Shown: one piece after another, positions 1 through 13,456 of the stretch | Numbering within the stretch: the first letter of the stretch is position 1 | Layout of the letters: the number at the start of each line of letters is the position of its first letter | From: Paraspadella gotoi | Taxonomy: Eukaryota; Animalia; Chaetognatha | Direction: 5' to 3' | Assembly: GCA_051294375.1 (NCBI GenBank) | Contig: CM119269.1 | Span: 23,355,497 to 23,419,496, forward strand | Length of the DNA: 64,000 nt | Notes under the pieces: model-generated | Seen by the model: the letters and a program-made list of their open reading frames with translations, nothing else | Database searches by the model: none | Told to the model about the DNA's origin: nothing | Made by a program: the position numbers and the translations under genes

Positions 1-887
1 GATGAACATTGAGATGGCGTAAGAGAATAAGAAAGAGAAATCGAGAAGACCAGAGAGAGGAGAAGGATGAGGAGAAAGGGGCCCAACCTAAGTGGATATA
101 AAAATTAATGCCTATTGACTTTTTATGTAGATGTATTAAACCCAATTGATATATTATCAATCAGATTAACATAACATATTAATAATAAGCATTAATATAT
201 GCTCTTTATTAATATGCTAAATATGTCATATCAACTTTTTAATTTCTTTTTTGATTATCCAAATACAAAATATACATGCACACACGTCAAGCATCTGATG
301 GTACATATATTTCCTTTAATTATTATTAAAAATTTTAAGTGTAAGCATTTAAAACGATAGACTGACCACCGAGGGACTCGCTAGTGGATGTCAGAAAAAA
401 ATGACAGCAACCACTGCATTGAAATGACAGCAACCACCTGCATTGAAATGACAGCAACCACCTGCATTGAAATGACAGCAACCACCTGCATTGAAATGAC
501 AGCAACCACCTGCATTGAAATGACAGCATCACCTACATTGAAATGACAGCAACCACCTGCATTGAATGACAGCAACCACTGCATTGAAATGACAGACCAC
601 TGTATTGAAATGACAGCAACCACCTGCATTGAAATGACAGCACCACCTGCATTGAAATGACAGCAACCACTGCATTGCAAGAAACGTTCGCTTTAATCGG
701 AATCTGCTGCGGGCAATCGTTGACGAGCACATTCTTGACTACAGACAGTGCTTGCGCAAGAGTGTAAGAGAGCGTAGATGAAGAAAGTAAGGATGAAGAC
801 CGAAAGACGTTGAGAGTCACAATTGAGAAGAAGCTCTTGATTGGCGAGGGAGTAGATGACGGGGCCAATTGTTAATCAGGTTAATCA
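1..887 (-). pseudogene. Inverted partial copy of the SLC37A 5' exons (fold-back arm)
   Basis: Reverse complement of ~9248-10187; contains LSVVKNVLVNDCPQQIPIKANVSCN and the 24-bp repeat, with frameshifting indels. Confidence 0.75.
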
Positions 888-3800
888 TGTTTAAATGATA
901 CTTTTCTGATCAGTATTTATTTCTTTCAGAAAAAAAATAATAATAATCAATTTCTATAAATGAAGTTATTAAAAAACTGAATAAGTAAAAAATCGAATGA
1001 ATAATTTGCTAGTTGCTTATTTAAGTAATTAACTCGTCTCATAGTAATAGTAAACATAAGACTCTTCACGAACTAATTATCTGATGATATTTATTAATTT
1101 TTATACAATGTATAATAATTCGAAGTAAACTCACCACAATTTTTCGCCTATTCCAAAAAGGTGGAAACTCTGAACAATATGACTAAGACGCAAATGCGAC
1201 CGTCGAACCAATTATTATCATTTTTTACTCTTTCTTTTTGTTAAAAAAATAATTCATGAATTTCAGTTTTCTTTTAATGGAAGAGAAAACTTTTACGCTA
1301 ACTTTCTTCTTAATCATAAATTATTACTAATGTCGTGTAGTGTGGTCCTTTATTACAAACAAGACCGAGTCGATTTCAAAGCGGAATATACAATTATACA
1401 AATATACAATTATACATCGGTTAAAATACTCAAAAAGATGAAAAAGGGTTTGATAGATAAAATCTGGATAATCGTTTTCGCAGTTTCGAGAAAAAACCAT
1501 CTGAAAGCGGACTAAGTACTTCTAAAATGACTAATTGCTACGAAGCTAATAATAATTTTTTTTAAGAATATTCACAATATGATAAGTCACAACCAATAAA
1601 AAAGAATGAGACACAATATGTAATGATTTGTTATTAATGAATTCACCTTTAAAATCATAAGCACAATTTTTTTTCAAATATTAAACAAAGAATATAACCT
1701 AAAAATGAAATAAACGCATTAAAAATGATAAGGATTAATAACATTGCTAATTAACTTACAACACTGTTTTTTTCATCTAATTTGCAGCACAGAAATATTT
1801 TTTTCTTATAAATCCTAGAATATAGCCAATAATTTTTAAAATGGTATTAGTTATAAGCAATTCCTAAATAAAAATTGAGCCCCATTTCTGGCTCTCTTTT
1901 CTCAGAGCGTCCATTTCTGCTTCTTTCCCCCCCCCCAACTGCTCCCTGCAATAGCTTCAGGCTTCAACAGCAACGCTAATGCAATGTCCACATTTGGGAC
2001 ACTGACCAGTCCGCATCAAGAAATCCTTGGAGATGGTCTACGAATTTCCTTAGCTCCACCAAAAGCCGGATGACATTCGGAGACGTGGAAGCCGACGATC
2101 CCCGGATGAGGAGACAGATGGCCGTCGGTTCGCTCATCTTCATTTGCGTCGTTGCTTCCATCTGGATCTTGGCGCGTCTGGTTCTTTGACGGTACGTCCG
2201 TTGTCCCACCAGCGCCGAGAATGTCCTCTGATCTTAGAATCAGAGATCCTTGTTTGAAACAAACGTTTTTCCGATTCGATTTTGATGTAATCCAAGATTG
2301 TCCATTGCCATCTTCCGTCTGTCGATGTCATGTCCAGTCATGTCCAGAGACATTTGTTTGCAATGTCGCCTAATTTAAGACTTCCTCTATGTCGCTCAGC
2401 GCTGGAGTGTCGCTGAAAAAATGAAAAATTAGTCTTTTCGATTAAGAACAAGAAAGGTTTTATTATTGTTTACATACACAACTATAGTTATAGTTGACAT
2501 CAAAATTTGTGATTTATCATTTGACACAGTTGATTAAATAAGAATATTAAATTATTTTATTAATAATTATTAATATTATTGCATATTATCATTATTGTTA
2601 TTATTATTATTATTTATTTGATTATATTTATTGATATTATTATTATTATTTATTATTATTATTATTATTATTAATATTATTATTATTATTTGGGGATATA
2701 GTTATCGTATTTGTTATTTGATTATTATTATTATATGTGGAATTTTATATTGTTTTTTATTATTATATTTTAATTATGTTTTGTAATTTAAGCTAATAAT
2801 AAACCTTGAAATTCTTTGCATATTCAAGAGCTTTGATTCATCCTTTCTGCTCTTCATAATAGAGCACATAAGTTCATTATATGAATTTTAGTCATAAGGT
2901 CCGCCAGGAACATTTGATAACATCAGACTTAAGCGATAGTCTTCAGTCATCCTGTTTCCACATCCTGAATAAGAAAATAACACAATTTTAAACAATGATT
3001 TTTCTTTTCAATTTTGTTGTTAATTTAGATGAATTTTGTTTTTCCAGACAAATAGTAGATGATATGTTCATTCTGGCGTAGAGTGTGGTCTTCTAAATTT
3101 TTTTTTTGCAAAATAATACACCAATGTCACCAAAGCACAGATATTGGATAAGAAGTCAATTAAATTTAAAACTAAAAAATGATCCGAAGTCAATAATTTA
3201 AATTATTCTTGAAATTATTGATACACATTTAAAATATATAAACAAAGAAAAACAAACGCATATAAATATATATTTCCTGGTTTCCATTGATTGATTTTTT
3301 TTCCCAAATTCTGTTTAGGAAACATTGTTTTGTCATTCACAAACCCGACTTAAAAATATAACTAAAACTAATGTTACATGATAATACAAAACGTAAACTG
3401 GAAAAATAATGAAAAGTTATTAATTTAAAAGCTGTGTCGTACTGACTCATGAGATTTTGCAGCGTTAATTTTTACTACCTAGCGCATTAATCTCCAAGCT
3501 TTTATCATATTACTAAATCTCATTGATTATAATTATTACTATATTAATTATTATTGTGGATAAGGGCGCAAAGTGGGCTGAATAAGATATTCATAACTCT
3601 TTAACCCTTCTAGGAGCCATGGAACGGTCCTGTCTTGGTAAAGGCTTGAAGGTTTCCAGGTCCCCTTGTCGGTTTACAGCCAACCTCACTAGCCTTCCCG
3701 AAGTGATGTACATGGATCGTATCCTGGTACTTTATTGGTGATCGTCTCGGTACAGATGGGGATCGATCCGGTTACAATTGGGGATAAGATCCGGTAATAG

Positions 3801-4239
3801 GTTGGGGATCGATCTCGGGTACAATTGGGGATCATCATTCGCGTACCTATTTGGATCGCATCATCGTACATATTGGGATCGGTCTTGGTAACCTATGGGG
3901 ATCCATCCCGGTACAATTGAGGATCGATCTTGGTACAATTGGGGATCGATCTCAGTACAATTGGGGATCGATCATGGTACCATTGGGGATCGATCGCGGT
4001 ACAATTGGGGATCGATCGTGGTACCATTGGGGATCGATCTCGGTACAATTGGGGATCGATCATGGTACCATTGGGGATCGATCTTGTACATTAGGATCAA
4101 TCACGGTACAATTGAGGATCGGTCTCGGTACCATAGGGATCAATCACGTACATGAGGATCGGGCTCGGTACTATTAGGGATCAATCACGGTACAATTGGG
4201 GATCGATCTCGGTACAATTGGGATCGATCTCGGTACCTT
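1..4239 (-). repeat. Left arm of a ~4.2 kb inverted duplication (mirror of ~5062-10187); probably an assembly fold-back
   Basis: Position 1 gatgaacattgagatggcg is the reverse complement of ~10169-10187; ~870 pairs with ~9265, ~2400 with ~7670, ~3556 with 5730. The junction at ~4239 falls inside the 22-bp minisatellite. Confidence 0.9.
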
Positions 4240-4716
4240 AATCGATCCCCAATGGTACCATGATCGATCCCCAATTGTACTGAGATCGATCCCCAATTGT
4301 ACCAAGATCGATCCTCAATTGTACCGGGATGGATCCCTAATAGTACCAAGACCGATCCTCAATTGTACCGTGATTGATCCCTAATGGTACCGAGATCGAT
4401 CCCCAATGTTACCGAGATCGATCCCCAATTGTACCGAGATTTATCCCCAATTGTACCGAGATCGATCCCCACTGCTACCGTGATCGATCCCCAATTGTAC
4501 CAGGATCGATCCTCATACCGGGAAGCGTGAGGTCGGCTGTAAACCGACTAGGGGACCTGGAAAACCTTCAAGCCTGGTTCCAAGCCCAGTAACTTTATTC
4601 TGAATATAAATTGAAATGGGCTGCTTTCGGAAACCGGGCCAAAATGGTATCGAGATGAAATATCTTTTCTGAGAATCTAGAATTTTCTAAAAATAGAAAA
4701 CTCGTGTTCTTTTTAG

Positions 4717-7700
4717 CGAAAATGTGGCTCCTTCTACGACTCAAGCTGACGAACCACCGACATACAGCGCCGCTCCGTGGCGTCGAGGGAATTCAGTCCG
4801 TCTCTCTCAGCGCAGAGTGTCCATCCCTAAATTGAAGGTAATAATAGTTATAATATATATATTAATAATAGTAGTGAAACAACGATAATAACAGTAATTA
4901 TTGTAGTGGAGCATTGCTATATTTTCACCCGCCTAGAAGCGTGACACCTTCAGTCGTGAACTGATGGTTCATTAGTAATACCATCAGCTCATGACCATAA
5001 GGTACCGGGATCGATCCCCAATGATACCGAGACCGATCCTCAATTGTACCGTGATCGATCCTAAGGTACCGAGATCGATCCCAATTGTACCGAGATCGAT
5101 CCCCAATTGTACCGTGATTGATCCCTAATAGTACCGAGCCCGATCCTCATGTACGTGATTGATCCCTATGGTACCGAGACCGATCCTCAATTGTACCGTG
5201 ATTGATCCTAATGTACAAGATCGATCCCCAATGGTACCATGATCGATCCCCAATTGTACCGAGATCGATCCCCAATGGTACCACGATCGATCCCCAATTG
5301 TACCGCGATCGATCCCCAATGGTACCATGATCGATCCCCAATTGTACTGAGATCGATCCCCAATTGTACCAAGATCGATCCTCAATTGTACCGGGATGGA
5401 TCCCTAATAGTACCAAGACCGATCCTCAATTGTACCGTGATTGATCCTAATGGTACCGAGATCGATCCCCAATGTTACCGAGATCGATCCCCAATTGTAC
5501 CGAGATTTATCCCCAATTGTACCGAGATCGATCCCCACTGCTACCGTGATCGATCCCCAATTGTACCAGGATCGATCCTCATACCGGGAAGCGTGAGGTC
5601 GGCTGTAAACCGACTAGGGGACCTGGAAAACCTTCAAGCCTGGTTCCAAGCCAGGACCGTTCCATGGCTCCTAGAAGGGTTAAAGAAGTTGTGCATATCT
5701 GTATTCAGCCCACTTTGCGCCTTATCCACATAATAATAATAATAATAATTATAATAATGAGTAATATGATAGAAGCTTGGAGATTAATGCGCTAGGTAGT
5801 AAAATTAACGTGCAAAATTCATGAGTCAGTACGACACAGCTTTTAAATTAATAACTTTTTCATTATTTTTCCAGTTTACGTTTTGTATTATCAGGTAACA
5901 ATTANNNNNNNNNNNNNNNNNNNNNNNNNGTTTTAGTTATATTTTAAGTCGGGTTTGTGAATGACAAAAAATGTTTTCAAATTGAATTTGGGGAAAAAAA
6001 TCAATCAATGAAACAGGAAATATTTATAAATATTTATAAAACTGGTTTTTTGTGTTAATTTTTGTTTTATATTTTAAATGTGTATCAGTAATTTCAGAAT
6101 AATTTAAATTATTGACTTGGTATTTTTTAGGTTTGAAATTTAATTGAAATTCTATCCAGATATCTGTTGCTTTGGTGAATAAGGGTGTATTATTTTGCAA
6201 AAAAAAATAATTTAGAAGACACACTCTACGCAGAATGAACATATCATCCGGGGAGAGAGAGATTAATAAAGTCATGGTGTAGATATATAAACTTGAACCG
6301 GATGGTAAATATTAGTGAAAACGTTAATTCAGCAATATGCACGGTTCACATTGAATGTCAGTAGTGTAAGTGATAAGCTTCTTAGAAAACAAGACAAATT
6401 ACTCAGTTATTTAAGAGAGTATATAGATATAAACTATTTTTTTTTTTTCTCGGTATTTTTAAGCAATATTTGAACCATCTCTAGATTTTATTCTGGTGTA
6501 ATTCATTCTTTATATTAACGTTTTCATCCAGTCCTTTTAATTGCACTGAGCGATTTACATGGATAAACCAATTAAGGTTTTTAATAGTGTATTAGATTAA
6601 TGTTAATTTTACTATACTGATAGAATAAGATTTGTGAATAGAACATACTATAACAATTTATAGTCTATTTGATATATTGGGACGTGTCCAGGGTAAATAT
6701 AAGATAAATATATTATCATGAATCAATGTTGTAATAAATAGTTTTTTTGGTGTTTGGGTAATATTATTTCTAGGAGAATATTGTGTAATTATTAAGTTAT
6801 TATTTTAAAAATGTAAATTATTCAGATATATAATAGTTATTATTTCTCGAAACTGGTAAAGAGGATTTTCACGAATATATTTATTTACTTTTATTATAGT
6901 TAAATAGCTCTTTGCATTTGATTACAGAGATATTTATCTATTATTGCATTGGTTAATAATTATCGCGCCATCAGTGTACTGATATCTGACATCATTTATA
7001 TTGACCAGACCACCTATGTACCCAAGCAGGTTGGTTACTCAACTACCTATCGTTCCTCTCTCATTTATTTATTCTTGCAAAAACCAGCACACAGTTTACT
7101 TACATATTCAATTCTATCACTCCCACCATAAATTTACGCCTTATACTCAATACCACAGTAATTCATATTAATATTAACCACCTGCGCCAGCTGCTAGGAC
7201 ACATATTATAATACAGGCCAGCTGATTATATTCCGCCTTCTTGCCTACTCGCATTTCCTTGTTTCATGCCTTTGTTTCCTCTCCGCCCGGCGGCACGATC
7301 CCCGGCTCTTTGCCTCTCCCGGGCACCTTCCAGTCTCCCATCTCTACACTCCTCCTATCCTCCTACCCATCTTCACTCCTCTCTCTCTCCTTCCTTCCTC
7401 TCTCTTAAGTATAATCATAATTATATAATATAATATACATAATAATAAATAATAATAATAATAATAATAATAACAATATGATAATATGAATAATATTAAT
7501 AATATTAATAATAATAATTATAATATTCTTATTTAATCAACTGATGTAAATGTAAATCAAATTTTGTGTCAAAATAAATATAGTTGTGTATGTAAACAAT
7601 AATAAAACCTTTCTTGTCTTGTTATCGGAAAAAGATAATTTTTCATTTTTTTCAGCGACACTCCAGCGCTGAGCGACATAGAGGAAGTCTTAAAATAGGC

Positions 7701-8147
7701 CGAATTGCAAACGAAATGTCTCTGGACATGAACGGACAATGACATCGACAGACGGAAGGTGGAGAATAGCATCTNNNNNNNNNNNNNNNNNNNNNNNNNA
7801 ATGGCATCTTGGATTCATCAAAATCGAATCGGAAAAACGTTTGTTTCAAACAAGGATCTCTGGATTCTAAGATCGAGGACATTCTCGGCGCTGGTGACAA
7901 CGGAGTCGTCAAAGAACCAGACGCCGCCAAAGATCCAGATGGAAGCAACGACGCAAATGAAGATGGAGGAACCGACGGTCATCTGTCTCCCTCATCCGGG
8001 GGATCGTCGGCTTCCACGTCTCCGAATGTCATCCGGGCTTTTGGTGGAGCCAAGGAAATTCGTAAGACCATCTCCAAGGATTTCTTGATGCGGACTGGTC
8101 AGTGTCCCAAATGTGGACATTGCATTAGCGTTGCTGTTGAAGCCTGA
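4717..8147 (+). CDS. 3' part of an unidentified multi-exon protein ending in CPKCGHC
   Basis: AG/GT-bounded exon 4717-4837 (ENVAPSTTQADEPPTYSAAPWRRGNSVRLSQRRVSIPKLK) and last exon ~7656-8147 (...KDFLMRTGQCPKCGHCISVAVEA*). Middle exons fall in noisy or gapped sequence; mirrored at ~1955-2412 on -. No family recognised and exon linkage is inferred. Confidence 0.5.
4902..5730 (+). mobile_element. Family A element (TGT...ACA ends, tRNA-Met-like core) expanded by an internal 22-bp minisatellite
   Basis: Starts TGTAGTGGAGCATTGC and ends GCGCCTTATCCACA, like copies at 17341-17732, 20848-21113, ~34983-35250 and 51436-51734. Confidence 0.8.
5005..5580 (+). repeat. 22-bp minisatellite (GATCGATCCCCAATTGTACCGA)n; also at ~3715-4239 (-) and 4240-4510 (+)
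   Basis: Directly visible tandem array; produces the spurious IDLGTIGDRS-type ORFs. Confidence 0.95.
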
Positions 8148-9247
8148 AGCTATTGCAGGGAGCAGTTGGGGGGGGGAAAGAAGCAGAAATGGGACGCTCT
8201 GAGAAAAGAGAGCCCAGAAATGGGGCTCAATTTTTATTTAGGAATTGCTTATAACTAATACCATTTTTAAAAATTATTGGCTATATTCTAGGATTTATAA
8301 GAAAAAAAATATTTTCTGTGCTGCAAATTAGATGAAAAAAACAGGTGTTGTAAGTTAATTAGCAATGTTATTAATCCTTATCATTTTTAATGGCGTTTAT
8401 TTCATTTTTAGGTTATATTCTTTGTTTAATATTTGAAAAAAAATTGTGCTTATTGATTTTTAAAGGTGAATTCATTAATAACAAATCATTACATATTGTG
8501 TCTCATTCTTTTTTATTGGTTGTGACTTATCATATTGTGAATATTCTTAAAAAAATTATTATTAGCTTCGTAGCAATTTAGTCATTTTTAGAAGCACTTA
8601 GTCCGCTTTCAGATGGTTTTTTCTCGAAAACTGCGAAAACGATTATCCAGATTTTATCTATCAAACCCTTTTTCATCTTTTTGAGTATTTTAACCGATGT
8701 ATAATTGTATATTTGTATAATTGTATATTCCGCTTTGAAATCGACTCGGTCTTGTTTGTAATAAAGGACCACACTACACGACATTAGTAATAATTTATGA
8801 TTAAGAAGAAAGTTAGCGTAAAAGTTTTCTCTTCCCATTAAAAGAAAACTGAAATTCATGAATTATTTTTTTTAACAAAAAGAAAGAGTAAAAAATGATA
8901 ATAATTGGTTCGACGGTCGCATTTTGCGTCTTAGTCATATTGTTCAGAGTTTCCACCTTTTTTGGAAATAGGCGAAAAATTGTGGGTGAGTTTACTTCGA
9001 GATTATTATTACATTGTATAAAAATTTTAATAAATATCATCACGATTAATTAGTTTCGTTGAAGAGTCTTATGTTTACTATTACTATGAGGACGAGTTAA
9101 ATTACTTAAATAAGCCAACTAGCAAATTATTCATCGATTTTTTACTTATTCAGTTTTTTTAATTAACTTCATTTATAGAAATTGATTATTATTATTTTTT
9201 TTTCTGAAAGAAATAAATTACTGATCAGAAAAGTATCATTTTAAACA

Positions 9248-12200
9248 TGATTAACCTGATTAACAATTGGCCCCGTCATCTACTCCCCTCGCCCAATCAG
9301 AAGGCTTCTTCCTCAATTGTGACTCTCAACGTCTTTCGGTCTTCATCCTTACTTTCTTCATCTACGCTCTCTTACACTCTTGCCGCAAGCCACTGTCTGT
9401 AGTCAAGAATGTGCTCGTCAACGATTGCCCGCAGCGATTCCGATTAAAGCGAACGTTTCTTGCAATGGAGGTGGTTGCTGTCATTTTCAATGCAGGTGGT
9501 TGCTGTCATTTCAATGCAGCGTGGTTGCTGTCATTCAATACAGGTTGGTTGCTGTCATTTCAATGCAGTGGTTGCTGTCATTCAATGCAGGTGGTTGCTG
9601 TCATTCTTCAATGTAGCGTGGATGCTGTCATTTCAATGCAGGTGGTTGCTGTCTTTCAATGCAGGTGGTTGCTGTCATTTCAATGCAGGTGGTTGCTGTC
9701 ATTTCAATGCAGGTGGTTGCTGTCATTTCCATGCAGGTGGTTGCTGTCATTTCAATGCAGGTGGTTGCTGTCATTTTTTTTCTGACATCCACTAGCGAGT
9801 CCCTCGGTTGGTCAGTCTTATCGTTTTAAATGCTTACACTTATAATTTTTAATAATAATTAAAGGAAATATTATGTACCATCAGATGCTTGACGTGTGTG
9901 CATGTATATTTTGTATTTGGATAATCAAAAAAGAAATTAAAAAGTTGATATGACATATTTAGCATATTAATAAAGAGCATATATATAATGCTTATTATTA
10001 ATATGTTATGTTAATCTTGATTGATAATATATCAATTGGGTTTTAATACATCTACATAAAAAGTCAATAGGCATTTAATTTTTATATCCACTTAGGTTGG
10101 GCCCCTTTCTCCTCATCCTCTTCCTCCTCTCTCTTGGGTCTTCTCGATTCCTCTTTCTTATTCTCTTACGCCATCTCAATGTTCATCTCTGGTCACGTGG
10201 CCGAACGGTCCGACCTGCGTCTCTTCCTCGCCGCTGGGATGCTCTTATCGGGTCTCTCCACCGTGGCCTTCGGTGCCGCATTTTATCTGGAAATTCATGA
10301 GGTGGGTTAGACTCCTTACTTTCTTCTCAAATAGGAACATCAATTTGAAATTATCTATTTATGAAATTGGTACAACTAATATAAAAATTATCCATTCATT
10401 CAATAAATAAATCTTGCCCCTGACTTTTGATAGGCTTTCGTGCGGTCTTGTTTATTCACTTTCAGAGTATCTTGCTTCCCTATCAATAAAATCGTATAAT
10501 ATTTCAAAGAATGTTTTAATCGTATGAAAAGACTACTCCCTTAAGTAATTAATAGTATTTAATAAATCTCTTTAATAAATGTTTTGTCTTGCAAGATAGC
10601 TTATTTATTAAATCAATGGATAATATTTATATTGGGAGTACCGATTTCATATCATATCAATTAATCTATAAAAAGAACACTACTACTTTCTTTCCTTACT
10701 TTTACTTACCTTTCCATCTCTTTTCTTTCCCTCAAGTTCTATTACTTCATCGCGGTCCAATTAATCAGCGGGGCGTTCCAGTCCATGGGTTGGCCAGCCG
10801 TAGTCGCAGTCATGGCCAACTGGTTCGGTCCGGCAAATAGAGGATTCATCATGGGGTTGTGGAACTCTCACACTCTCGTCGGTAAGAGAGTGAGAGAGTG
10901 ATAGTGAGACAGAGACGCTAATTAACTTTCTCTTTTCCCCTAATCAGGCAACATCTTTGGTTCCGTCGTTGCAGCTATTTTTGTCCGTGAATCCTGGGGT
11001 CTTTCCTTCTTAGTCCCGGGTTCGATCCTAGCTGCCTTCGCTTTTGTTATTCTCTGCACTCTGCGAACTCAACCGGAGAAAATCCGATATAATCATCATC
11101 AGCTGAAGCAGCAGCAGCAGCAACAGCCGGAGAAGTTAGAGCAGCAGCAGAATCAAGGATCGTCCGATGATTCATTTGTTTCCAATTCTGCATCGGAAGC
11201 GATTTCCTTTCGTCGCGCGCTCATGATTCCTTCGCTTGTTAACTATAGGTAAAATAATAATAGATTTCCAGCAATAAAATCCGAGTATTCGCGCAACATC
11301 TCAATAGGTCAGTTTTTGGTTAGTCAGTCTGTGTGTCATTTACATATTCAATGCTAATCACTAGGGGATAATAATGTATAAATTAAGTTCGTATTTGGTA
11401 AGAAGGTATAATTATGAAACCACCTCAAACCTTGGATCATTAAGTTAATTCAGCAAAATTTGTTTAAGAATAGGTTAATTTAATGCTTTACAAGTAAATG
11501 AACACAAGATGTTTCATCCTAATGGGGTCACGTGATCATTGGGAAATTGGTCTATGAAAAAAAGTCTCTGCGGTGCAACTGAACTTGATATTATTATTTT
11601 TTTCTTTTCCATAACAACATTGCATAGTGAAATAGGTACAACCAATATAAAATTTGGGCCTCAATCACTCTTACAAGATAATGACATAGCAGGTCCCTTC
11701 ATGCTTTCAATCAAGACTCACAGTCTCGTTTATTCACTCCCAGACTTATAGTCTTTCCTTTCAATGAAGTCGTATAATATATTGTACTCCACACTCTTAT
11801 CAAATTTTATAAAATTGGTACAACCAATACATAAAAAATAACCATTCATTTAATAAATAATCTATCCTATTTCTTTTTATGACAGCATTGCCTTGTTCTT
11901 CGCTAAATTCGTCTCATACTCGCTCTTATTCTGGCTTCCGGTTTTTCTCAAAACTTCAAATTCGTCGCTGAATTCAAAATCGTCTGCTCTTTTGTCGACG
12001 CTCTTCGATCTGGGCGGAATCGTGGGAGGCGTGGTAGCGGGGACGGCGTCGGATCGAAAAGGATCTGCGGAGACGAGCCTGGCAATGTTGGGGATGTCCT
12101 TGCCGGCTTTGGCTGCCTTGAGACGGCTGTTTGGAGATGGAGTGAGAGAGGGAGAGGGAGTGAGAGAGGGAGAAAGAAAGAGCAGAGAGAGGGATAGATA

Positions 12201-13268
12201 GAGAGGTTTTGATCCCCTGATATTGTTTTCAAAGCAATGGGTTAGGGATATTTCATCGGTTGGCGGTTACCTCACCTCACGGTTGTACCTGTACCCTCTT
12301 AGGGAAGACACAAATATTTGAATGATAATAGTATTTGGTTTTGTTATTTTGTGACCAGTTTATTGTTTATCACTTTACTGTCACTTTTTTAGCTATATTT
12401 TACTGAAACGCCCCAATTCGTAATTAAGTTATTTTTTTTAGGTTTAGGGTTAGAATATATGATATAAAGATTAAGTATTAAAAGTTTTTGGTTTGGTAAT
12501 TAATTAAGTTTAAAAATTATGGATAAAATCGAATAGAGAAATTGAAATGTAACGTTTTTGAAAAAGAGAGCCAATTTCTTTTTTTTACAAAAAAAGGCTT
12601 AGAATCTTTTAACCTTGACTTTAAATTTCAATGTTGACGAGAAAATTTTGACAATTTCGTGATTTCATTATCTTTTTGAAAAAAAATTCATTTCCTTTTC
12701 TTATCTAATTTTTCATTCAATCGTGACTAAAAGTATTCTCTCTCTCTCTCTNNNNNNNNNNCATTCTCTCCCCTCTCCACCTCTTCGCTCTGCTCGCCTC
12801 TGGCTTTTTCATTCAAGGACCGAAGACGATAATAACAACAACAGTTTCTGCTTCTTTGGGTCAAGATCCATCGCTGTCGTCGTCGTCTTCGTCGTCTCCT
12901 TTAAAAGTAATCAATACATTGTTTTACCTTCTAAATCTATCAATAATCTATCAATAATCTATCATTAATCTATCATTAATCTATCATTAATATATCATTA
13001 ATCTATCATTAATATATCCCAACTTCTCTTCATGTCTCATCTCTCTCTCTCTCTCTCCTTTTTCCCTCTCCCTCCACAAAAGGCTCTGGCCACGGTCTCC
13101 GCCATAATTGACGGTTCCGGTTCCATTGGCGCCGCTTTCGGCCCGCTGCTCACCGGCGTCGTTCTCGGCGTGGCCGGTTGGGGCGGCGTCATTTCAATGT
13201 GGATCGTCTGTAACGCCGCCGCCGCGCTGCCGCTCGCTGCCGTGATTGCTGCTGGACGGCGGCGCTGA
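9248..13268 (+). CDS. Sugar phosphate exchanger / glycerol-3-phosphate transporter (SLC37A1/2-like, MFS)
   Basis: Exons ~9248-9470, 10096-10301, 10737-10881, 10948-11248, 11886-12141, 13083-13268 give SLC37 motifs RKPLSVVK, WAPF, YAISMFISGHVAERSDLR, FQSMGWPAVVAVMANWFG, RGFIMGLWNSHT, LFFAKFVSYSLLFWLP, STLFDLGGIVGG, ALATVSAIIDGSGSIGAA. The expected NGPYALITTAVSADLG-type exon is not seen (N gap at 12752-12761). Start codon tentative. Confidence 0.92.
9463..9776 (+). repeat. 24-bp minisatellite (TGCAGGTGGTTGCTGTCATTTCAA)n spanning the SLC37 exon-1 donor
   Basis: About 13 units; the first contains the inferred donor AATGGAG|GTGGTT at 9470/9471. Mirrored at ~400-675. Confidence 0.9.
10358..10440 (+). 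mobile_element. Family B short dispersed repeat (unclassified non-autonomous element)
   Basis: Consensus-like GAAATTGGTACAACCAATATAAAAATTATCCATTCA...CCCTGACTTTGGACAGGCTTTGGTGGTTTAAGGCCTCCATCACTCTTACAAGATAATGAC recurs at ~11628-11870, 15993-16065, 16714-16810(-), 22580-22810, 27762-28530 (split by TRIM), 30585-30730, 49325-49470, 59511-59626, 62340-62452(-). Confidence 0.8.
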
Positions 13269-13278
13269 TGTGGGAAGA

Positions 13279-13456
13279 GGCTTTATTAAACCAGAACGGC
13301 CCGTTTCATTTATTAAATTAGGGAATTAAAGTTGTTTTTTTTTAAAGTTAAAGATTAGGGTTAAAGGTTAGGGGTTAGAGATTAAAACTTTGGATTAAGG
13401 TTTAAATTAAATTCCGGGGAAGAAACTGAAATGGGTCGCTCTGGGAAAAGAGAGGC
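13279..13456. mobile_element. Family C MITE-like element (GGC...GCC imperfect TIRs, degenerate TTAGGG-like interior)
   Basis: Ends resemble GGCTTTATTTTCCCAAAGCGACCCAT and AAATGGGTCGCTCTGGGAAAAGAGAGCC; other copies at ~12392-12572, ~15610-15959, 23147-23302, 23532-23784, 24894-25233. Confidence 0.7.

Noticed and set aside
3715-5580. CRISPR-like reading of the partly palindromic 22-bp repeats (and other arrays)
   Set aside because: Units are contiguous with no unique spacers, there are no cas genes, and the context is eukaryotic.
12723-12968. ORF as the missing SLC37 exon
   Set aside because: No similarity to the expected NGPY...SADLG segment; adjacent to an N gap.
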